From an uncultured Candidatus Actinomarina sp. (GTDB lineage Bacteria > Actinomycetota > Acidimicrobiia > Actinomarinales > Actinomarinaceae): a stretch of DNA of 64,000 nucleotides. The translations under genes and the position numbers were made by a program. The stretch spans positions 72,425-136,424 of the forward strand of contig CACHJT010000002.1 in NCBI GenBank assembly GCA_902580215.1, given 5' to 3'. Positions 57,685 to 64,000 of this stretch are shown here, piece after piece; positions within the stretch are counted from its first letter, which is position 1, and each line of letters starts with the position of its first letter. Under the pieces are notes generated by a model, which saw only the letters and a list, made by a program, of their open reading frames with translations, made no database searches and was not told where the DNA came from.

Positions 57685-59016
57685 ATGAAATCAGTAAAAA
57701 TATTTTCAAGATCACCCTTTTCTATTTTGTGGTGGTCAGGCACCCTTTCCAGTTTTGGTGACTGGGCAACGCTTTTTGCATCTGTAGCACTTGCTAGTTA
57801 TTTGGGCGCAACTGATGGAAATTCTGAACTAACTGCTGTAGTCCCTGTTGTAGCAAGAATTATTCCAGCTTTCATGTCTTCATTCGCTGGTTTATTAGCT
57901 GATAGATTTAATAAAAAAAATGTAATGATTATTAGTGATTTAGTAAGGATGGTTGTTGTTTTGGGATTATTTTTTACTACAACTCTTTTTCAACTATTTT
58001 TAATAAACTTTATTGCTGAAATCTTTTCATTAATTAGACAACCTTCAAGAGAGGCAATTGTTCCTGAGTTAGTAGAAAATGATTACTTAGTTAAAGCGAA
58101 TTCATTATTTGTTGTTGGAACCTATGCTTCACTTCCTTTGGCATCTTTACTATTTGGATTTTTTTCTGATGCAAAGTTTATAGAATCAATAGTTTCGTAC
58201 GGTAATGGCTGGAGTGGTTCAGTTGTATTTTTGGTAGATTCATTAACTTTTTTAATATCAACTATTTTATTATTTTCCTTAAAAACCAGTTCTCAAGGCG
58301 TTGGAACCACAACTCAAAACAATGCTCTTTCAGACCTAAAAGAAGGAATAAATTATTTTTTTAAAAATAAAGAACTCAGGACTGTAACAACATCTATAGC
58401 ACTTAGTCTTATTGGCGCTGGGGCATTGTTTGTTTTGGGGAGCTCATACCTTACACAATCTCTCAAATTTACTCAGAGCTCATTTGGTTTCATGATTGCT
58501 TCATTTGGTTTTGGGATTGTGTTCACAATGGTAATTTTGAGTTATTTTGTAACCACTTTTAATAGGGTATCTTTTTTTATAGGCATCAGCATGATTATCA
58601 CAGGCCTTTCATTACTGTTTGCCTTCAACTCTTATGAGTTTTCTACTATTTTATTTTTTATATTTATTTCTGGAATTGGTTCAGGCTCTATTTATTTACT
58701 AACAATTAGTTATTTACAAAGTACAACTTCCGAAAATCTTCGAGGTAGAGTTTTTGGTAATTTTTATACAATTGGGAGATTATCTCTGTTGGTTTCAGTT
58801 TTCATTTCTGGTTTTCTCGCAAGCTTTGCAAATAACTACTTTGACGTAGATGGAGTTTTATTAGTACTTAGATTAAGTTCCTGCTTTATATTGTTTTCTG
58901 GACTCATGACTTTTATAAGAGGATATAAAAAAATTATAAGAGAATTTGGGTTTGAAAATTCAAATTTTAACAAGTTAAGATTAAACCTTGAGAGCAATGA
59001 GGATGAGCCATTATGA
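57685..59016 (+). CDS. MFS transporter (MFS_3-like)
   Basis: About 12 TM segments with an ADRFNKKNVMI loop motif. Paralogous in type to 47958..49259. Confidence 0.75.
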   Translation: MKSVKIFSRSPFSILWWSGTLSSFGDWATLFASVALASYLGATDGNSELTAVVPVVARIIPAFMSSFAGLLADRFNKKNVMIISDLVRMVVVLGLFFTTTLFQLFLINFIAEIFSLIRQPSREAIVPELVENDYLVKANSLFVVGTYASLPLASLLFGFFSDAKFIESIVSYGNGWSGSVVFLVDSLTFLISTILLFSLKTSSQGVGTTTQNNALSDLKEGINYFFKNKELRTVTTSIALSLIGAGALFVLGSSYLTQSLKFTQSSFGFMIASFGFGIVFTMVILSYFVTTFNRVSFFIGISMIITGLSLLFAFNSYEFSTILFFIFISGIGSGSIYLLTISYLQSTTSENLRGRVFGNFYTIGRLSLLVSVFISGFLASFANNYFDVDGVLLVLRLSSCFILFSGLMTFIRGYKKIIREFGFENSNFNKLRLNLESNEDEPL

Positions 59017-59624
59017 ATTCTAATTACATAGCCTTTGAAGGAATTGATGGATCTGGTAAAACCAGCATTATTGAAAATCTTTCAGATATCTTAAATTCTC
59101 AAAACAAAGAACACACAATCGTTAGAGAACCTGGTGGGACATCCGTGGGAGAGGGTATTAGAAAATTATTATTAAGTCACGATTATCAAGTAAACCCACT
59201 GGCTGAAGCACTATTGTTTTGTGCTCAAAGATCTCAGTTGATTGAAGAAGTAGTTCTCCCATCACTTAATAATGGGGTTGTGGTTTTGTCAGACAGAAGC
59301 GCGTATTCTTCTGTTGCTTATCAAGGAGAAGGAAGAGGTCTTGGATATGAAAAAATATATCAATTAAACGATATCTCAATACAATCCAACTGGCCTGAAA
59401 GAGTTGTTCTTCTTGATATAGATCCAGAAGTTTCACTTTCAAGACAACAAGTAGCAGATAGGATTGGAAGCGACAAAGTAGAATTTTTTCAAAAAGTGCG
59501 TAAAGGATATTTAAAACTTGCAGAAGAGTTTAAAGATAGCTTTTTAATTTTGAATGCAGAAAACAATATTGAAGTAAATATAGAGGCCATTTGTAACTGG
59601 TTAGAAATTGACAACTGTAAATAA
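59013..59624 (+). CDS. tmk: Thymidylate kinase
   Basis: P-loop FEGIDGSGKTS and a DRSAYSSVAYQG motif, in a 203-aa protein. ATGA overlap with the upstream gene. Confidence 0.9.
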   Translation: MNSNYIAFEGIDGSGKTSIIENLSDILNSQNKEHTIVREPGGTSVGEGIRKLLLSHDYQVNPLAEALLFCAQRSQLIEEVVLPSLNNGVVVLSDRSAYSSVAYQGEGRGLGYEKIYQLNDISIQSNWPERVVLLDIDPEVSLSRQQVADRIGSDKVEFFQKVRKGYLKLAEEFKDSFLILNAENNIEVNIEAICNWLEIDNCK

Positions 59625-60477
59625 AAAATTAACGCAAGAAGTAGAATCACCATTTCACTCCTATTTGTTATTTTCAAATTTTTCATCTGAGTTGGTTAAA
59701 CAAGCAAAAATGTTTGCAATGTTATTAGCTTTTGATACAAAAGATTATGCTGATCACCCTGATATCAAGATTATAGATTCTGAAAATCTAAACACTTTAG
59801 GAGTTGAAGATATTAGAGATGTTATTAATAAAGACAGTCTCTCACCAATTGAGGGTAAATATAAAGTAGTAATTTTCCCCCCCGTAAAATCATTAACCGA
59901 AGAAGCATCAAATGCATTACTTAAAACTATCGAGGAGCCTTCAAGTAGAAGCATTTTTATAATTTTATCTTCAGGTAAGTTTTGGTCACATGCACGAGAC
60001 GATTCTCAAAATACAATTTTGTCTACGATAAAAAGTAGATGTAGGACAATATTTCTTGAATCTGAGAATGAAATTAAATTTGATTTTTCAACTTTAGATT
60101 TCGAAAAATTTTTAGATGGTACATATTTAAATTTGAATATAGAAAAAAACTTAGTTGAAAAATTACAAGAAGTTACACAGGATCTTAAGGATATTAATGA
60201 AACTGAGTCAGAAAGAATAAAACGCTACCAAATTTTTCTCAACACTATTAATGAGTTCGTTTCCAATTTTGATGAAACCAGAAATATTACTCCAAACTCT
60301 GTTTTAATAGAAAGTCTTACTTATTTAGGAAGTTCATTAATTATCCAAGAAAACCTTGATCAAGATTACTATGATTTTATTTTGAAACTTGAAACCGCAA
60401 TGCAAGAGATAAGTTCTGGCATGAGACCTCAAATAGTTTTAAGCAATCTAACAATCAATTCAGGTTCAAATGAATAG
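59608..60477 (+). CDS. holB: DNA polymerase III delta-prime subunit (degenerate P-loop)
   Basis: Its position after tmk and topA matches actinobacterial synteny. It has HSYLLF, a sensor/box motif NALLKTIEEP, and TIKSRC. The start codon choice (TTG 59608) is uncertain. Confidence 0.65.
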   Translation: MTTVNKKLTQEVESPFHSYLLFSNFSSELVKQAKMFAMLLAFDTKDYADHPDIKIIDSENLNTLGVEDIRDVINKDSLSPIEGKYKVVIFPPVKSLTEEASNALLKTIEEPSSRSIFIILSSGKFWSHARDDSQNTILSTIKSRCRTIFLESENEIKFDFSTLDFEKFLDGTYLNLNIEKNLVEKLQEVTQDLKDINETESERIKRYQIFLNTINEFVSNFDETRNITPNSVLIESLTYLGSSLIIQENLDQDYYDFILKLETAMQEISSGMRPQIVLSNLTINSGSNE

Positions 60478-61294
60478 GATTGTTTTACTTGGCACAGGCT
60501 GCCCTAGCCCAAGCCACATTCGCTATGGACCAAGCACATTAATCTCTACAGAAAAACAAAAAATATTGATAGATGCTGGTTCTGGAGTAACACAAAGATT
60601 AAGTGAGTTTGGGTTAGTTCCATCGGAAATAGATGTCATCTTAATTACCCATCTTCACTCAGACCATATTGTTGATTTATATCAACTTTATATTTCAGGG
60701 TGGCACACTGGAAGAACTAAGCCATTTAAAATTGTTGGCCCAAAGGGTATAAAAAAGTTTTTTGATAAAACTGTTGAAGCATATTCAGATGAATTAAATC
60801 TAAGAGTTGACTGGGAGAAAAGACCTAACCATGAAGGTTTAGATATTGAGATTACTGAAATTGAAAAAGAATTTGCTTACGAATCAATGGGTATAAAAAT
60901 AACAAGCATTGAAGTACAACATCAGCCTGTTGAGCCAGCATATGGGTATCAAGTTTTTGTAGATGATAAAAAAATAACTTATTCAGGAGATACAAGATAC
61001 AGTATAAATTTGGAAGAAGCTTCAAAAGATGCAGATTATTTAATACATGAGGTTTTTGTGAGTCTTAATTTTGATGATAAAAGAATGACACAAGATACAT
61101 TAGTAAATGTAAAAGAGTATCATTCCACACCAGAAGATGTTGGAACTTTAGCTCAAGCAGCCAATGTAAAAAAGCTAATATTAAATCATTTCGTTCCGCC
61201 AGTATTTGATGAGGAAAGTCTAAAAGCTGAAATATCTCAGTATTACGACGGCGAAATAATTGTTGGTAACGATTTAGATGAGTTTATTTTATAA
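60470..61294 (+). CDS. MBL-fold metallo-hydrolase (RNase Z/BN-like)
   Basis: HLHSDH metal motif, an N-terminal LLGTGCPSP start, and a later H/D ligand pattern, in a 274-aa protein. Confidence 0.75.
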   Translation: MNRIVLLGTGCPSPSHIRYGPSTLISTEKQKILIDAGSGVTQRLSEFGLVPSEIDVILITHLHSDHIVDLYQLYISGWHTGRTKPFKIVGPKGIKKFFDKTVEAYSDELNLRVDWEKRPNHEGLDIEITEIEKEFAYESMGIKITSIEVQHQPVEPAYGYQVFVDDKKITYSGDTRYSINLEEASKDADYLIHEVFVSLNFDDKRMTQDTLVNVKEYHSTPEDVGTLAQAANVKKLILNHFVPPVFDEESLKAEISQYYDGEIIVGNDLDEFIL

Positions 61295-61343
61295 TTTGAT
61301 GAACAATCTTTTCAACCACTTTAATAAGTTGTAAAATACAAAT

Positions 61344-62612
61344 ATGGAAATACCTAAAGTTCCTGGTTTACCAATAATTGGCCACTCTATACCATTTCAA
61401 AGAAATGCGCTAAATTTTACAGCTGAAAAGCAGAAAAAATATGGAGATATATTTCAGATGTCATTGCTAAACGAAAATTTTATAGTTCTTTTGACTCCAG
61501 AAATTACAAAGGAAGTCTTTCTAGATAAGGATGACAATTTCTCTTCTAAAGAAGGATGGGCGGTCATCCTTGGTCCAACATTTGAAAACGGACTTATGCT
61601 TCGAGACTTTGATGATCATAAATATCACCGAACTCTTCTTCAAGACTCTTTCAGGCACGATGCAATTCATAATTACCTTTCAATCATTCAACCAATTATT
61701 GATACTTGGGTAGAAAGCATAAAAACTATAACAACCTTTAATTTGTATGAATCAATAAAACAATTAATGTTTGATATATCTTTGAGTTTATTTTTTCTAG
61801 ATGTAAAAAACGATGAATCTCAAAAGCTAAATAATCTATTTATGGATTCTATTGCATCTGCTACATCAGCTGTTAGATGGCCTCTTCCATTTACACAGTT
61901 GAAAAAGGGACTCAAGGCAAGAGAATATTTACTCGATTATTTTGAATCAAAGTCACAAATGATTGATGAAGAAAGTAAAAAAACACTATTTGCAGAATTA
62001 GTTAACACAAACAAGGGAGATGCAGGGCTAAGTAATCATGAAATTGCAGAACATATGATTTTTTTACTACTTGCAGCTCATGACACAACGACCATAACGC
62101 TTACGAATTCAATTTATAATCTCTCAAAAAATCCAGATTTTTTAAATGATCTTAGACAGGAAGCTTCAGAAGTTGATCCACTGGATATTTCATCACTTAA
62201 AAATGGAAATTTTGCGGAATCAATTTTTCAAGAAGCAATCAGATACTATCCACCAGTACCATTTTCAGTAAGAAGAGTTATGAGAGATACAAAAATTGGA
62301 GGCTACAACGTAGACGGTGGTACTTATTTAACTATAAGTCCTTTGTTGCTACACCATGATGAAAGGTATTGGGATAATCCATCAGTATTTGATCCTTATA
62401 GGTTTATAGATCCAACTTATACGAATAAGGCTTATTTTCCTTTTGCTGGTGGAGCTCACACTTGTATTGGAAAGTTTTTTGCTAGCTATATGTTTAAAAA
62501 TGTAATTTATAAGTATGTTCAGAATGTCGAGCAGCCTTCTATTGATAAAAGTTTAAATATTAGACCTACTCCTATTCCTCACCCAATTGAGGACGTTAAA
62601 GTAACAATTTAA
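61344..62612 (+). CDS. Cytochrome P450
   Basis: I-helix AAHDTTT, ExxR (EAIR), and the heme-thiolate loop FPFAGGAHTCIGKFFA, in a 422-aa protein. Confidence 0.9.
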   Translation: MEIPKVPGLPIIGHSIPFQRNALNFTAEKQKKYGDIFQMSLLNENFIVLLTPEITKEVFLDKDDNFSSKEGWAVILGPTFENGLMLRDFDDHKYHRTLLQDSFRHDAIHNYLSIIQPIIDTWVESIKTITTFNLYESIKQLMFDISLSLFFLDVKNDESQKLNNLFMDSIASATSAVRWPLPFTQLKKGLKAREYLLDYFESKSQMIDEESKKTLFAELVNTNKGDAGLSNHEIAEHMIFLLLAAHDTTTITLTNSIYNLSKNPDFLNDLRQEASEVDPLDISSLKNGNFAESIFQEAIRYYPPVPFSVRRVMRDTKIGGYNVDGGTYLTISPLLLHHDERYWDNPSVFDPYRFIDPTYTNKAYFPFAGGAHTCIGKFFASYMFKNVIYKYVQNVEQPSIDKSLNIRPTPIPHPIEDVKVTI

Positions 62613-63211
62613 GACTCAATCATCTCCCACAAATGTAAACAAGCATGGGTTTTGTAAGGAGCCCATTTTTCTGCATAGTTTTCGAATTGTTTTTGAGTTG
62701 CATCTTTGTCAACCATTTTAAGCTGAATCATTGCTTGTCTTAAAGCAGCATCTCCATAAGAAAAAATATTCTTATTGCGAATGCAAAACATTTCAAACAT
62801 ATCAACACTCCAAGGACCTATACCAAAAATTTTTAATAATGATTTTTCTCTTTCCACCTGAGTGAGATTAAAAAAATTTTTCATTGATTGCATTTCAAGC
62901 CAACTGATTACTGCTTTAATTGATTTGGCTTTGTTGAGGCTTAATCCTAAATTTTTAATTTGTATAACGCTAAGTTTTTCAAAGTTTTCTACTTTAAATT
63001 TTTTTTCGTTAAAATTTTCCAACATTTTTTCTTTAATACTCTTGGCAGCCAGGGTAGAGATGAATTGTGAAATAATTATGTCTACAAAAGTATCAAAAGG
63101 ATCTTTTCTATTATTTGAGAATTTTATGGGTCCATTGGTTTTAATTACATTTGATAAAACTTTATCTCTTTTAATTAAAATTTTCTCTTCTGAAGTGAAA
63201 TCAGTATTCAT
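62609..63211 (-). CDS. DNA-3-methyladenine glycosylase II-like HhH-GPD base-excision enzyme
   Basis: HhH motif LLKIFGIGPWSVDMF followed by a catalytic Asp context (YGDAALRQ), in a 200-aa protein. Confidence 0.75.
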   Translation of the reverse strand: MNTDFTSEEKILIKRDKVLSNVIKTNGPIKFSNNRKDPFDTFVDIIISQFISTLAAKSIKEKMLENFNEKKFKVENFEKLSVIQIKNLGLSLNKAKSIKAVISWLEMQSMKNFFNLTQVEREKSLLKIFGIGPWSVDMFEMFCIRNKNIFSYGDAALRQAMIQLKMVDKDATQKQFENYAEKWAPYKTHACLHLWEMIES

Positions 63212-64000
63212 TCAGTCAATATCTAGTTTCTTTAACTTTTTTAAATTTAAGAACAAATATATACTCACAAGCATTCCTACAGTAACTAACCCCCTATATC
63301 CAATTAATAAATAAGAGAGTCCTAAGGTTGTGTGAGCTGTAAAACTTCCGAGAAACACATAAGAATCGCTTCGAATATTTAAAGGTGTCTTAAATTTGAT
63401 CGAAAATTTTGAAATAGCTGCACTTATTGCTACGTAATTGAAATTCCAACCTAATCCAAGTAAATAAAGACCTATTTTTAGTGCAAGCGGTCCAGAATTA
63501 ATAAATGTAGTCAAACAACTTATAAATAAAATTGCAGTTCCAACATAGGTAAAATTTTTGTATCCGTATTTGTCAACATAATTTCCTAATATGGGTGAAA
63601 GCAAAAACATACCAAGTGTGTGGTAACTAATAATTACCCCAACTAATTCAACCGTTTCACCAATATCTTGAACATGGAGAGGTGTTGCTGACATAATTAC
63701 GACCATTGTGAAATGATTTAGAACAAGAAGAAGGGTCAAAATATTTCCATCTTTTTTTGATTCATTTACTTTCTCTGCAACTTCCTCAACTTCTGCTGGT
63801 TCTCGGAGTGAACTAGTCGAAGAAGTAAATGTCAAAACTGATGCAGAAGCAAAAAGCATTCCAACCATTGCGACTATATAACCAACAATTAATTCAGAGT
63901 TAAACAAATTGTCAAAAAAATCAGAGTATACACTAACTAATCTCGGTCCAAAAACTGAACCAAAAACGGAAAACCAAACTGCAAGCGATAGTGCCGTAGC
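63212..64000 (-). CDS. MFS transporter, C-terminal part (the N-terminus lies beyond the window)
   Basis: Hydrophobic MFS-like helices. The reverse frame stays open upstream of the track's TTG at 63907, all the way to position 64000 (…ATALSLAVWFSVFGSVFGPRLVSVYSDFFDN-LFNSEL…), so the gene is truncated by the window. Confidence 0.7.
   Translation of the reverse strand, partial: ATALSLAVWFSVFGSVFGPRLVSVYSDFFDNLFNSELIVGYIVAMVGMLFASASVLTFTSSTSSLREPAEVEEVAEKVNESKKDGNILTLLLVLNHFTMVVIMSATPLHVQDIGETVELVGVIISYHTLGMFLLSPILGNYVDKYGYKNFTYVGTAILFISCLTTFINSGPLALKIGLYLLGLGWNFNYVAISAAISKFSIKFKTPLNIRSDSYVFLGSFTAHTTLGLSYLLIGYRGLVTVGMLVSIYLFLNLKKLKKLDID

Noticed and set aside
62862-63314. A 150-aa plus-strand ORF.
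   Set aside because: It is antisense to the glycosylase and MFS genes and crosses their junction. It is an AT-rich, low-complexity translation.
1-64000. Looked for further UGA-interrupted genes (adjacent same-frame ORF fragments, N- or C-terminally short homologues). Also looked for CRISPR repeats, IS/transposase or integrase genes, toxin-antitoxin pairs, restriction or other defence genes, and rRNA.
   Set aside because: Apart from selD, every gene has a length normal for its family, and no unexplained gap exceeds ~165 nt. I noticed no repeat arrays, mobile-element genes or defence-type genes. Manual reading cannot exclude short or diverged elements.

Overview
The window is AT-rich (roughly one-third G+C by eye, not computed) and almost entirely coding. 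I annotate about 59 protein genes and one tRNA. Most intergenic spacers are under 70 nt, and many neighbouring genes share start/stop overlaps of the ATGA/GTGA type. Gene content and synteny point to a genome-streamlined actinobacterium, probably aquatic; this is an inference, since no database search was possible. The supporting markers are an HrdB-like principal sigma factor, topA-tmk-holB, an F420-type LLM oxidoreductase, an Rv0338c-like membrane Fe-S protein, lgt and a cta gene set. Content is mainly housekeeping. It includes dnaK (5' part), proC, nadE, rmuC, an acyl-CoA dehydrogenase, isocitrate lyase, and a caa3-type cytochrome oxidase operon (ctaC-D-E-F-G) with ctaB and ctaA nearby. It also includes pepN, gnd, hflX, rpoD, tldD/pmbA, ald, leuCD, a membrane pyrophosphatase, topA, tmk, holB, a P450 and several transporters. 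I found no rRNA, CRISPR array, IS element, prophage or recognisable defence genes. The most interesting signal is a selenium trait that the ORF track hides. selD really starts at GTG 9279 and carries an in-frame UGA at 9312-9314, at the catalytic Cys/Sec position, with a hairpin immediately downstream. A tRNA with a UCA anticodon and a long extra arm (tRNA-Sec) lies at 35862-35953 on the minus strand. selD is also translationally coupled to an alpha/beta hydrolase and a GT4 glycosyltransferase. That arrangement may be a selenium small-molecule module, but this is a hypothesis only. Other items worth follow-up: a cupredoxin/beta-helix/PLDc_N fusion lipoprotein, and a perfect 22-bp palindrome plus a small Zn-ribbon ORF leading the dnaK operon. 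There is also a bacterial IDO homologue overlapping ald, a photolyase-related protein without the canonical CxxC Fe-S ligands, and seven convergent gene pairs whose 3' ends overlap. All functional calls rest on motifs I recognise in the supplied translations. None was verified by a search.
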